A DNA stretch of 64,000 nucleotides from assembly GCA_049972095.1 (NCBI GenBank), contig JBMFKQ010000001.1, positions 28,349-92,348 of the forward strand. The letters run 5' to 3'. Positions within the stretch are counted from its first letter, which is position 1; each line of letters begins with the position of its first letter. The notes beneath the pieces are model-generated. The model did not search any database and had not been told where the DNA came from. It saw only the letters and a list, made by a program, of their open reading frames with translations. This DNA comes from Elusimicrobiales bacterium. Lineage in GTDB: Bacteria > Elusimicrobiota > Elusimicrobia > Elusimicrobiales > UBA9959. The translations under genes and the position numbers were made by a program. This document shows positions 10,096-19,746 of this stretch, piece by piece.

Positions 10096-11643
10096 TTAAA
10101 AAAGCAGTCCAACACTTGCAACTGCCTGTGCTTTTTCTGGATATTTATGGTTATCTATATTTTGCTTTCCGCTTGATATACCAGCTGCAAGATCTATATG
10201 GAGATATGCAAATGTAAGCCCTATGCCTGCTGTATAGATTGTCTTTGAACTATCTTCGGCAAGGTTTTTAAGAAATCCAAGCCTTAATGGAAGATTAAAG
10301 GATTTTCTATTTAAAATGTTTATCTCTGTTCCAACAGATAGTTGCCTTGATTTAAAACCATCAACAGCTGTCTTGTTTTTGGTTATATCAATATCAGCTG
10401 CAAAATGCCACCAGCTAAAAGGTGAAAGTGCTAAACCCATTCTAATTTGTCTATCAAGCTGGTACTTATCACCATAAGAAGCATCAAATTTAGGACTATT
10501 GATGTTTCTGATTGTAAAACCTAACTTTGGACTGAACGGTATCTTTTTAAACCTTTCATTCACATCCCATAAAAGACCTATATCTACTGCAGGTCTTACA
10601 CTTGTTTTTTTATTTTCAAGCACATCCTTAAACACATCACGCGTTTTTTCTTCCTCTAAAATGTAAAATCTTTTTGAGGTAATATTTCCTTGGATAATCT
10701 TAATATTTCCACCTATTGCAAGCCCTGGGAGAAAACTTAGATATTTGGCATATCCAATAGCAGCCTCATTAAAAGATGCAGCAACTACATCAAGTCTTGA
10801 TGTATTGGCTGAAAAATTACCACCGTTGGCTGCATAGTTTTGGATAACCGCTGCAGACCCTTCAGCATATTTTAGAGCTTCTTTAGATGCTTCAAGAATT
10901 AGCTCTTGTGAAATGGTAGTGGTAGCCGAATTTACAAGTGTGTTTGCTAAACTATTAGCATCAGTAATACCCTTAGAAGATAAACAATCAGAAGTGCCAC
11001 ATACAATTTTTTTGATATTATCGAATCCTACTATGTTGATTGCTTGCGTTAAGTTACCAGCTGCTTCAGCCAGTACTGGGGTAGTTGGAGTTTGAGTGCT
11101 TGCAGAGGGAATGTTTTCGCCAACAGTAGTATTAACAATACCTATGTTTAATGTATCAATCCAGGGATTTAAGCCAACTGATGTAAAATTATTTATTGAA
11201 AAGGCAAGTTTTGAAAGTTTGAGATTAACACCACCCGCTATTTCAACAAGAGCCCCACTGTCTTTTTTGTTTATATCTTCAAGCAATGCAAGTGATTTCA
11301 TAAAGGCAGATACTTCTTGAGGTCCTAAGTCTTGGTTAGTTAAAATTTCTGAGTTTCTTATGTTTTCAATCTGTTTAGCAACCTCTGTTATTTTTGTCAC
11401 ATTATCCAATATACCACCAGTGGCTTCAATACCTACACCACATGGTATCTCAAGCCCACTAAATGTTTGGGTAGATTTTTGAGCAAGTCCTGCTGGATTC
11501 CAATACTGTGCTATTGGACCTTTTGCCATTGCTACATATGCTCCACCCATACCCATTGGTCTTGTTCCAAGTATCTGCCACTGCTCTGTATGAAGCGCAA
11601 GTGATGTGAAGATAAAGGTAATAATTATAAAAAACCTCTTCAT
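10096..11643 (-). CDS. TraF_2/FadL-like outer-membrane beta-barrel with helical insert
   Basis: Signal peptide; GTRPMGMGGAYVA..YWNPAGL; alternating beta strands; C-terminal Phe. Confidence 0.7.
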   Translation of the reverse strand: MKRFFIIITFIFTSLALHTEQWQILGTRPMGMGGAYVAMAKGPIAQYWNPAGLAQKSTQTFSGLEIPCGVGIEATGGILDNVTKITEVAKQIENIRNSEILTNQDLGPQEVSAFMKSLALLEDINKKDSGALVEIAGGVNLKLSKLAFSINNFTSVGLNPWIDTLNIGIVNTTVGENIPSASTQTPTTPVLAEAAGNLTQAINIVGFDNIKKIVCGTSDCLSSKGITDANSLANTLVNSATTTISQELILEASKEALKYAEGSAAVIQNYAANGGNFSANTSRLDVVAASFNEAAIGYAKYLSFLPGLAIGGNIKIIQGNITSKRFYILEEEKTRDVFKDVLENKKTSVRPAVDIGLLWDVNERFKKIPFSPKLGFTIRNINSPKFDASYGDKYQLDRQIRMGLALSPFSWWHFAADIDITKNKTAVDGFKSRQLSVGTEINILNRKSFNLPLRLGFLKNLAEDSSKTIYTAGIGLTFAYLHIDLAAGISSGKQNIDNHKYPEKAQAVASVGLLF

Positions 11644-11663
11644 AAAATCCTCCCATTTGTTAA

Positions 11664-11693
11664 ATTATAGATATTATTCTAACCATCTGTCAA
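11664..11693 (-). promoter_or_regulatory. Consensus sigma70 promoter
   Basis: Minus strand TTGACA-N18-TATAAT, 20 nt before the ATG; RBS GGGAGGA. Confidence 0.75.
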
Positions 11694-11747
11694 GGAGGTG
11701 TAAGATCTTCATACATTTCATGCTAAAAGTTTATTATCTTTATGAGA

Positions 11748-12392
11748 TTATGCAAATGTTTTTCTTAGTCTATTAGACTCAAGATGCGCAATTCTAATAG
11801 GATCTGGTATTCTATATTTGGATATAAATTTTTTTATTGTTTTTATTGATGAATCTATATCAATCATATTTCCAGGGGAGATGAAAATAGCTTTTGCGTT
11901 TTCCTTTGTTCTCATTGCAGCTCCAATTATTACGCCATTATCATCATACACATAGGATGTTGAAAATTTAATATTTTGCGGTTCTATGTATTTACCACAA
12001 AGCAGTGATTTGGCAACGCCTATTGTTGGCTTTTTTACACTTACTCCAAAATGAACAGCAACTCCGCATTTTCTTGGATGTATAGTTCCATTTCCATCAA
12101 TGAGTATTAAATCTGGCTCTTTTTTTATTTTTTCATAGAGTTTTATCATAACAGGCATTTCTCTAAATGCAAGAAAACCTGGTATATATGGAAAACTGAT
12201 ATTTTTTTTCATAGTATAGATCTCAATAACCTCCATATTTTGGTTCAAAACAACGCAAACACCATATCCCTCATCACCTTCAAATGATATATCAAGCGCA
12301 GCAACTCTTGATTTATCTTTGAGATCAAAGGGTTTAAGAACTATTTTTTCTGATATTTTCCTTTGAATTGTTTTAAGTTTGTTAAGGTTCAT
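11748..12392 (-). CDS. nfi: Endonuclease V
   Basis: ALDISF, PYIPGFLAFRE, IDGNG.IHPRKCG, IGVAKS, SPG, PDPIR.AH. Confidence 0.94.
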   Translation of the reverse strand: MNLNKLKTIQRKISEKIVLKPFDLKDKSRVAALDISFEGDEGYGVCVVLNQNMEVIEIYTMKKNISFPYIPGFLAFREMPVMIKLYEKIKKEPDLILIDGNGTIHPRKCGVAVHFGVSVKKPTIGVAKSLLCGKYIEPQNIKFSTSYVYDDNGVIIGAAMRTKENAKAIFISPGNMIDIDSSIKTIKKFISKYRIPDPIRIAHLESNRLRKTFA

Positions 12393-13056
12393 TTCTTTTC
12401 ATCTTAACAAAAACAACATCACTCCCTTCTTCACTTTCAATTTGATTTTCCGATATCTTTTTTATTTTTAAGAGTTTCTGATAACTTTGACCACCAACTG
12501 GTATAATCATTATTCCCCCTATTGAAAGTTGTTCTATTAATGGTTGTGGCGTTTTTTCAGCTGCACAGCTGACTATAATTCTATCAAATGGAGATTTTTC
12601 TTTCCAGCCGTAAAATCCATCATCAATCTTTAAGAAAACATTGTTCTCTGAATACTTTTTTATCCTTTCAAGGGCAAAGTTATAGAGAGTATCTCTTATA
12701 TCCACTGAATAAACCTCTTTTGCAAGTTTTGATAAGATACATGTTTGCCAACCAGTTCCTGTTCCTATTTCAAGGATCTTATGATTTTTTTCAATTTCAA
12801 GCATATCTATCATCAGTGCAACAATATATGGCTGTGAGATGGTTTGTTCAGGAAGTATTTCAATAGCACAATCATCATATGCCCTTGTTTTAAGATTGTC
12901 TGGTACAAATTCATGCCTTGGGGTTGATTTTATTGCATCTATTATTTGAGGAGATGTTATACCCCTTGAGATTATTTTTTCGGATATCAGCTTCTGAGAA
13001 AGATATTCAAAGTATTTTTGGTATTTCTCTGAAAGCTTTTTTATTATGTCAGTCAT
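12382..13056 (-). CDS. pcm: Protein-L-isoaspartate O-methyltransferase
   Basis: PRHEFV, AYDD, QTISQP, LEIGTGTG, PFDRIIV, FVKM. Confidence 0.94.
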   Translation of the reverse strand: MTDIIKKLSEKYQKYFEYLSQKLISEKIISRGITSPQIIDAIKSTPRHEFVPDNLKTRAYDDCAIEILPEQTISQPYIVALMIDMLEIEKNHKILEIGTGTGWQTCILSKLAKEVYSVDIRDTLYNFALERIKKYSENNVFLKIDDGFYGWKEKSPFDRIIVSCAAEKTPQPLIEQLSIGGIMIIPVGGQSYQKLLKIKKISENQIESEEGSDVVFVKMKRNEP

Positions 13057-13164
13057 CAGCTTTTATTTGTTTAAAATCTACATTGAAATTGTAGCTTTTC
13101 CATTACCTTTATACATTTCTCTACCAGTGTTTTTCTAATCCTGAAAAGAAATAACCATTTACAA

Positions 13165-15117
13165 CTATACCTCTGATTCTATGTAGAGGTTTTTGATAGA
13201 GTTTTCTGTGTCTTTAATAAGAGAATTTACTGATATTTCTTCTCCTGTTGCTTCTTTCATCCATTTTAAAGGTGTTATATTGCCAAGCTGACATATTCTT
13301 TTCATATCTTTTCCAATAGGTATTTTTTCGAAATGCTTTTCTATTTGATGTGCTATTATGTGTCCAAGTGGATAGTCTGGAAGATAGAGTGCATGAAATA
13401 TCATATGGGAGTATATTGCAAGTATAGGTGAGTCTTTTATTCTGAATATTGGATAGTAGTATTTATTCCATATACCCTTTGCTACCTCTACAACCTTTTC
13501 TTTCAGCTCTTTTTCTGTAAAGTTTTTTCTTTTATACATCCACCTCCACACATACATATCAACAAGAGCAACCCCTGCGATCTCTCTTGTATCCCAGTAG
13601 GTTTGAATGTTTTTAAGATATTTATCCTTTTCATCTCTTTTCATTCCAAGTATATCAAGTGATTTGTTTTGAAATACGAAAGCCATTGCCTCAGTAAATG
13701 CTGTATTTGGAACACCACTTAAAAGATTGTAGTCAATATCATACAGAGTAAATATCTGCTCTACACAGTGCCCAAGCTCATGCATTGCAGTATTAAAGCT
13801 TTGCCAGTTCATATATTTTCCATCTATAGCCTTTGTTCTTAGGTGTGCCTTTTCACCTCTCATCTCAGGCCCCCATGCATGTCCTGCACCCCTTGCAGGG
13901 TCAACCTCTATTTTATTGGAAAGATACTCTGCTGTTTTTTCATCAAAGTCAAGTTTCATAAGTATATCTTTTATTGATTTTTGAAAGTCATCTAATGTCG
14001 GATATCTTTTTTTAACCTCATCATCAAGGTTTATACCTTCACTTTTTGTAAGAAACTGGTTATACCATATATCAAAAACCTCAAGATTTCTACCAAGTTT
14101 TTCTTTTATTATCTCGGCTATCTTTAATGCATTTTTATCCTCAAGAATCTCTATAAACATCTTTTCAATGGTTTCAAAAGGTATTTCTCTTGCACCTTCA
14201 AATACTCTTTTTATGTAGTTGTTATAAACTATATGGAATCTGTCTTCCTCGCTATGAGCAAGGTATAGGTTTTTGAGATGTGAATATCTTTCAAGATGAA
14301 TGTCTTTTGTTCTTTTTATTTCATACTCGTTTGTAAAAGGATTATATTTGCCCTGTTGATTTTTAATAAGTTCATAAGGCATCTCACCGTATATTATTCT
14401 TTCCATTGCAGCATAAAGTGTTCTTTGCTTTTTAAAGTTAATTTCGGATATATCTGAATAGTAGATTTTTATCTGATCCCTCAATCCCCAGTGACTTATG
14501 AGTTTTAGATCTTCACTGAATATTTCTGACCCATCCTCAAAAAGGAGGTTTTTTATTGGAATGTTATATGAATAGACATACTCAGATGCCTTTGAGTAAA
14601 CCTCTGTGAGTTTCTGTGATATCTCAGAGGGAACCCTTCCTTCAAACATCTTGGCCATTCTGTTAACTGCCCATTCCTTTCTTGACATTTTATCCATATT
14701 TTGGATTGTTTGTTTAAGGTCAGTGAGTTTAAAATTAAGCAATAAAATAAATGCTATTTTAGTTTTGAAAAGATCATCTGTTAGATGAACAAGAGGATTT
14801 AGATTTGAAAAATATCTTTCTATATTTGACATCTCGCCAGTATCTTCATCAAGCTCAATTCTTAATCGAAGATAGAGTGCTGTTAGGTATCCTTTTAAGT
14901 ATTCATATTTTTCATTGTATCTTTCAAATATTTTTTCAAGTTTTTCTCCTGTCTCAAAGTTATTTATACAAAAATCAATAAAATCCTCATTGCTACCGTC
15001 AGTTTTCTGCCATAGTTTTGCAACTTGATTAACCCCTGTGCTTATTCTTTCTTTTTGATCCGGGTATTTTTTTATAAGCTCCTTTATAGCCTTATTTATA
15101 GCTTTTTTTGGTATCAT
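13165..15117 (-). CDS. Uncharacterised gluzincin metallopeptidase (M3/M32-like)
   Basis: HELGH plus downstream AFTEAMA; ARGAGHA; no signal peptide. Confidence 0.65.
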   Translation of the reverse strand: MIPKKAINKAIKELIKKYPDQKERISTGVNQVAKLWQKTDGSNEDFIDFCINNFETGEKLEKIFERYNEKYEYLKGYLTALYLRLRIELDEDTGEMSNIERYFSNLNPLVHLTDDLFKTKIAFILLLNFKLTDLKQTIQNMDKMSRKEWAVNRMAKMFEGRVPSEISQKLTEVYSKASEYVYSYNIPIKNLLFEDGSEIFSEDLKLISHWGLRDQIKIYYSDISEINFKKQRTLYAAMERIIYGEMPYELIKNQQGKYNPFTNEYEIKRTKDIHLERYSHLKNLYLAHSEEDRFHIVYNNYIKRVFEGAREIPFETIEKMFIEILEDKNALKIAEIIKEKLGRNLEVFDIWYNQFLTKSEGINLDDEVKKRYPTLDDFQKSIKDILMKLDFDEKTAEYLSNKIEVDPARGAGHAWGPEMRGEKAHLRTKAIDGKYMNWQSFNTAMHELGHCVEQIFTLYDIDYNLLSGVPNTAFTEAMAFVFQNKSLDILGMKRDEKDKYLKNIQTYWDTREIAGVALVDMYVWRWMYKRKNFTEKELKEKVVEVAKGIWNKYYYPIFRIKDSPILAIYSHMIFHALYLPDYPLGHIIAHQIEKHFEKIPIGKDMKRICQLGNITPLKWMKEATGEEISVNSLIKDTENSIKNLYIESEV

Positions 15118-15136
15118 CTTTACCTCCTTCCAATCT

Positions 15137-15694
15137 TTAGTATTTCCACAGTGGAATGCCGTTAAGCTGGTGTGTTGAATTTATTATCAAAAATCCCCAG
15201 TATATAGACTTTGGGTCAGAGAAATAAATGTATTGAGAGGATGAATCAACTGCTTTTGCATAGTCTGTGTCAAATCTGCTTGTCCTTATGTATTTTACTG
15301 ATGAAGCAGATTCTGAGTTAATTTCTATCTTAGGTATATAAGGTATAAACTCTGGTACAAGCTCCTCAAGAACTGATGGGTATTTGTTTGTTTTTAGATA
15401 GTATGAAAGAATTGCCTTTCTGAGCTCAAGAAGTGCTTGTTGTGGTTCTTTTATATATTCCTCATCTTTCAATAGTCTTATATTATCTTTAGTCTCTTTT
15501 AAAATTTTGAGAATCTTTTCTTTTTTAGTATCATCTATTTGTAGTATTTCTCTTTTTATATCTTCTATTGTTTTCTCAATCTCATCTTGTTGTAGAGTTA
15601 TATCCTTGGTTGAGAGTGATATATTTTGCGTTTGTTGAGAGAGATGTTGTTGTGCGTAAGATATATTGCAAAATATAAGCAGAATAAATCCCAT
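15137..15694 (-). CDS. Exported protein with a pilin/GspG-like globular domain
   Basis: Short signal peptide, coiled coil, then LRKAILSYY....YPSVLEELVPEFIPYIP. Confidence 0.5.
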   Translation of the reverse strand: MGFILLIFCNISYAQQHLSQQTQNISLSTKDITLQQDEIEKTIEDIKREILQIDDTKKEKILKILKETKDNIRLLKDEEYIKEPQQALLELRKAILSYYLKTNKYPSVLEELVPEFIPYIPKIEINSESASSVKYIRTSRFDTDYAKAVDSSSQYIYFSDPKSIYWGFLIINSTHQLNGIPLWKY

Positions 15695-15761
15695 TTAAAA
15701 AATTTTAGCATTTTTTTAGAAAAACAAAAAGATGACACTCTCAAAGCTCAAGACTTAAAAG

Positions 15762-15837
15762 GGTGGCTGACGGGAGTTGAACCCGCAACCTTCCGGGCCA
15801 CAGCCGGACGCTCTAAACCAATTGAGCTACAGCCACC
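15762..15837 (-). tRNA. tRNA-His(GTG) with G-1; CCA not encoded
   Basis: GGTGGCTG...TCCGG-CTGTGGC-CCGGA...GGTTCAACTCC..CAGCCACC cloverleaf. Confidence 0.95.
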
Positions 15838-15921
15838 ATATAATAATATTCTATAAAAAAACTTCGTATTAAAATCCTCTACAACCTCTAAACGGTATTT
15901 GAAATATACTAAAATATCTTT

Positions 15922-17328
15922 ATGACCAGAAAAAAGGCTATTGTTCAAGGGCGTTTTTATCCTAATAATAAAGACGAGATTTTTTCATTCATCTCACAGC
16001 ATTATCTTGCTGATATATCTCTAAAGGATAAAGGAAGAATAATTCTCTCACCGCATGCAGGATATTCTTTTAGCGGTTGTGTTGCGGCAAAGGCTTTTTC
16101 GCATCTTGCAGATGATTTTGAAACAGCACTGATTATTGGAACAGCGCATACAACCTATCTTGATAAATGTGCTTTAATGAAGGATTTTGTTTTTGAAAAC
16201 TCTATTGGTGAGGTAAGAAGCGATGATGATATCGCTGATGAGCTTTTAAAGAGCGGTTTTTTTGAGGATGTGCCACGAGCTTTCTCTACGGAACATTCTG
16301 TTGAGGTTCAAATACCTTTTCTTCAGTTTAAGAAGAAAAACTTTAAAATAGTACCTGTTGTTGTAAATAACAATGATAAAAAACTCATTGATGGTGCCGG
16401 AAAGACAATTGCAGAAATTATGAGAAAAAATGATAAGGTTGTAGTTGTGATATCATCTGATCTTTCACATTATCCTGCTTATGAGATTGCATATGTGAGT
16501 GATAATGCTTTAGCTCTTTCTTATGAATTTTCTTCAGTGAGTAAAGATGTTGATTATTTTATTCTGAGTGAGAAACTTCTTTTTGAAAAATATAAGAAAA
16601 AACTTGATACTGTTGCTTGTGGGTTTGTATCAATGGCTATTGGGCTTAAAGCTGCTATAGAACTTGGATTTGTCTTTAAGATGATTGAGTATATTAACTC
16701 TGGGGATGTTAATGATATGATGAGGGATGAGGTTGTTGGATATCTCGGAGGTCTATTTTGTAAAGAAGATAAAGAATTTAAGTTTAATCTTTCTGATGAA
16801 GAGAAAAAATTTCTGCTTCATATTGCAAGAATGTCTATAGAAGGTTATCTTAAAGATAAGAAAGAATTAAAGTTAGATTACATTCAGTATCCTAAACTAA
16901 ATCTTCCTTGTGCTGTTTTTGTTACACTTACTCTGGATGGAAATCTTAGAGGTTGCATAGGGAGTTTAACACCACATATGCTTATGGCAGATGCCGTAAG
17001 CGAATACGCTATTAAAGCGGCCTTTGATGATCCAAGATTTGAGCCTGTTAGTTTTGAGGAGTTTAAAAGAATAAAAATTGAAATATCCCTTCTCTCTCCT
17101 CTTAAAAGAATAAAGGATCTTTCTGAGATAAAAGAGAATCTTCATGGTGTTTATGTAAAAAGGGGTTTAATGAGCGCTACATATCTTCCTCAAGTATGGG
17201 AGCATTTTTCTAATAAAAAGGATTTCCTTAAATCTCTAATGAATGAAAAATCCTCAATTGGATATCACAATATCTCAGATCCTCAAACAGAGATTTATAT
17301 ATATACTGTTGAAAAGATAAAGGAATAA
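15922..17328 (+). CDS. AmmeMemoRadiSam protein B (Memo) fused to protein A (AMMECR1)
   Basis: SPHAGY, EHSVEVQ, SSDLSHY, ACG, then AVFVTL..LRGCIG, DPRF, TYLPQV. Confidence 0.9.
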   Translation: MTRKKAIVQGRFYPNNKDEIFSFISQHYLADISLKDKGRIILSPHAGYSFSGCVAAKAFSHLADDFETALIIGTAHTTYLDKCALMKDFVFENSIGEVRSDDDIADELLKSGFFEDVPRAFSTEHSVEVQIPFLQFKKKNFKIVPVVVNNNDKKLIDGAGKTIAEIMRKNDKVVVVISSDLSHYPAYEIAYVSDNALALSYEFSSVSKDVDYFILSEKLLFEKYKKKLDTVACGFVSMAIGLKAAIELGFVFKMIEYINSGDVNDMMRDEVVGYLGGLFCKEDKEFKFNLSDEEKKFLLHIARMSIEGYLKDKKELKLDYIQYPKLNLPCAVFVTLTLDGNLRGCIGSLTPHMLMADAVSEYAIKAAFDDPRFEPVSFEEFKRIKIEISLLSPLKRIKDLSEIKENLHGVYVKRGLMSATYLPQVWEHFSNKKDFLKSLMNEKSSIGYHNISDPQTEIYIYTVEKIKE

Positions 17329-17396
17329 TATTACACACGCTCAAAAGAGACTTCTCCCTCAAATAAACTGAAGATGCGAGTTAAGCTCTACACACT

Positions 17397-17798
17397 TCAC
17401 CGAGGCTTTACATATGCATCTATGTAATCAGCCCTCTGTGTTAGTGTGAATGCAAACATAGCGCCTATTCCAATAAGCATGCCTACTGGGCCACCAAGGA
17501 TAAATCCTAAAAATCCTGCTGCTCCAAGAACAGTGGCATATCCGGTTTTATTATCCTTTATGTCTTGAACAAGCTTTTGTGCAAAAGAAGGCTCTTGTTT
17601 TGGTTCATCAGGCTTTGATTGAAGTGATGCTTGTGGTAGGATTAGTTTGTGCGCTGCTCCTTTTCCGTCAAAGGTGTCTGGATTTGTTGCAGCAGATTTT
17701 GCGCTTTCAAGTGCCAAATTATCTGCAAACAACGGATGATTTAGCATTATTATAACTGCTGATATTATTGCACCAGATACTACCTTTTTAAATAACAT
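17397..17798 (-). CDS. Hypothetical exported protein with glycine-zipper-like C-terminal hairpin
   Basis: Signal peptide; GAAGFLGFILGGPVGMLIGIG; strong RBS. Confidence 0.7.
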   Translation of the reverse strand: MLFKKVVSGAIISAVIIMLNHPLFADNLALESAKSAATNPDTFDGKGAAHKLILPQASLQSKPDEPKQEPSFAQKLVQDIKDNKTGYATVLGAAGFLGFILGGPVGMLIGIGAMFAFTLTQRADYIDAYVKPR

Positions 17799-17889
17799 AG
17801 CTTTACCTCCTTTCTTAGATTTTAGAATCTTTTAGTCAATATTCCAAGATAATTTTTTCCTAGAATATGATGGGAATAAAGTCCTATTT

Positions 17890-18954
17890 TCATATCTCAG
17901 TTATAGACAATCTCTCTTCTTTAATATTAGGTGTATTTGTTTTTCTCTCCAGTGTAAATTTTTTGCCTGCAATAACAAATTCAACACTCCCTCTTTTTTT
18001 CATCTCTTCTATTATTTTCATTTCAAGCTCTGTAATCTCATTTTTAAGCTTTAAAAACTCCTCTGATTTTTTTAGATATTCCATGCATATTCCCTCTAGG
18101 TTTAAGCTTGATGGCTGAAAGTAGACCGGACATCTGTTTTTAAAATCACACCATCTACATACTTTTTCTGATGGTTTTGGGTCAAACTTAGCAGAGTTTA
18201 TATTTTCTATTGTAGCAATTACTTCATCCCAGAATCTTTCTATCTCACTTTCTCTTGCTCTTGGATATCTTATCTCTTTTAGATTTTCAACATAGTAATA
18301 TATCATATCTTTAACCTCAATTTTTTCTACTTTCTCATAATACTTCTCTTCAATCTTCTTTATAATAAGTGGATCTGATTCGCATACCTTCTGATAAAAG
18401 TAAAGTTGATCAGGTGTTCTATTCTCTTCTTTTCCCGTTTTATAATCTACAATTGTTATTTTCCCATTTGAATGGTATTCTATTTTATCCGCAACTATGG
18501 TAAATCTATATCCGTTTATGGTTACATATGTTGAATACTCAAGAAGGAAAGGAAGAGCTTTATTGTCTGAATGTTTCTTGTGAAAGTTAGCAATTATCTC
18601 AATTATCTTTATAAGGTCAATCTCTTCATACTCCTGATTTGCATACCCTTTGTCATAGTAAGGAACAGCTCTCCACTCTTTTTGAGCAATTCCTTTAAGC
18701 TCTTCAAAGGATGGAGGAGGAAGTTTCGAAAAGAAGTATTCAAGAACTTTGTGTATAACTCTTCCGATAAAAAAAAACTTTTTTGGTTTTTCAGCCAGCT
18801 TATCCACATATTTGAATTTGTATTTTAAAGGACATTCTTTATACATTGACATCTTTGAGTATGAAAACGCAAGGCTTTTATCTGCTTGACTCTCTGTTTT
18901 TATTTTCTCTTGAGGCTTGTAGCTGAATATACTTTCTTGAAGATAATCACTCAT
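17890..18954 (-). CDS. PD-(D/E)XK nuclease, RecB/AddB/Cas4-like, with probable Fe-S cluster
   Basis: SYSK..Y.ECP, G..IH..LE, DKI, IVDYKTG, QL.FY, CRWCDFKNRC. Confidence 0.85.
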   Translation of the reverse strand: MSDYLQESIFSYKPQEKIKTESQADKSLAFSYSKMSMYKECPLKYKFKYVDKLAEKPKKFFFIGRVIHKVLEYFFSKLPPPSFEELKGIAQKEWRAVPYYDKGYANQEYEEIDLIKIIEIIANFHKKHSDNKALPFLLEYSTYVTINGYRFTIVADKIEYHSNGKITIVDYKTGKEENRTPDQLYFYQKVCESDPLIIKKIEEKYYEKVEKIEVKDMIYYYVENLKEIRYPRARESEIERFWDEVIATIENINSAKFDPKPSEKVCRWCDFKNRCPVYFQPSSLNLEGICMEYLKKSEEFLKLKNEITELEMKIIEEMKKRGSVEFVIAGKKFTLERKTNTPNIKEERLSITEI

Positions 18955-19723
18955 ACGAAACAAGCTCCATTATTCTCGTCTCCTTATCATTATAAAACGA
19001 TGTTACTAAAATTTTACCAATTTCTGGTGCATAATAATAGATGTTTCCAGTATGATTTTTTTTCAGCTCTTTTTTCACTGCAATACAATTGGTAAAAACT
19101 CCTGCTTTAGTTTCTACCCTTTCAATATTAGCATAGGATGTTAGAACATCCTTTTCTTCATAAGAGGTGTTGTTTTTAAATGGATATTTGAAAAGGAGTG
19201 AGTAGTTCTTGTCTGTTTTTTCAAAGACATCACTTCCTTTTATCAGATATGATTTTTTTACTGATGTTAATAATTTTTTTCCAGCATATATTTCTGAAAT
19301 AGTGTCAATCTGTGTAAATGTTTTATTTTGTATTTTTATAATCTCTCTTGCGTTTTTACCGTATGTTTGACTGTCTGCAAGAACATATTTTCTATGTGTT
19401 GGATAAAAATAGTTTGGGCAAAAAATTGCTCTAAATCTTGCCTCTTTTGAATATTTTGAATCCGGGAAATTTCTTACAATAAATTCAAAATATTTTGAGG
19501 ATTTTTCGCAGCTGTTAAAAACTATCTGATATATCATAGCAGCACGATATGCAGCATATTCAGTTAAAGGTGTGTTTTTTTTAATCTTAATGTATTTTTC
19601 ATAATATGAAACTGCCTCATTGTATCTTTTTAATTCATAGAGTCTATCAGCTTCTTTTATCAGATCATTAGCACACCCACTTATTAGGATGCTGAATAAA
19701 GTGACTGTATGTTTAAAATTCAT
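18947..19723 (-). CDS. TPR lipoprotein (BamD/CpoB-like N-terminus) with beta-rich C-terminal domain
   Basis: Lipobox ISGC; TPR helices, FPDSKY; C-terminal AGVFTNCI..YYAPEIG. Confidence 0.65.
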   Translation of the reverse strand: MNFKHTVTLFSILISGCANDLIKEADRLYELKRYNEAVSYYEKYIKIKKNTPLTEYAAYRAAMIYQIVFNSCEKSSKYFEFIVRNFPDSKYSKEARFRAIFCPNYFYPTHRKYVLADSQTYGKNAREIIKIQNKTFTQIDTISEIYAGKKLLTSVKKSYLIKGSDVFEKTDKNYSLLFKYPFKNNTSYEEKDVLTSYANIERVETKAGVFTNCIAVKKELKKNHTGNIYYYAPEIGKILVTSFYNDKETRIMELVSYE

Positions 19724-19746
19724 TTAAGGCTTTCAGATATAAAAAA

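Noticed and set aside
10096..11643. Conjugative element implied by the TraF-like similarity
   Set aside because: No relaxase, coupling protein or VirB4 nearby; flanked by ordinary chromosomal genes
13057..13164. Possible gene remnant between the gluzincin and pcm
   Set aside because: Only very short open frames and no recognisable motif
15626..15948. ORFs 15626..15856 and 15748..15948
   Set aside because: They are translations across the tRNA-His gene
17890..18954. Calling the nuclease CRISPR-associated Cas4
   Set aside because: No cas1/cas2 or array nearby; length and motifs fit the broader RecB/AddB-like group
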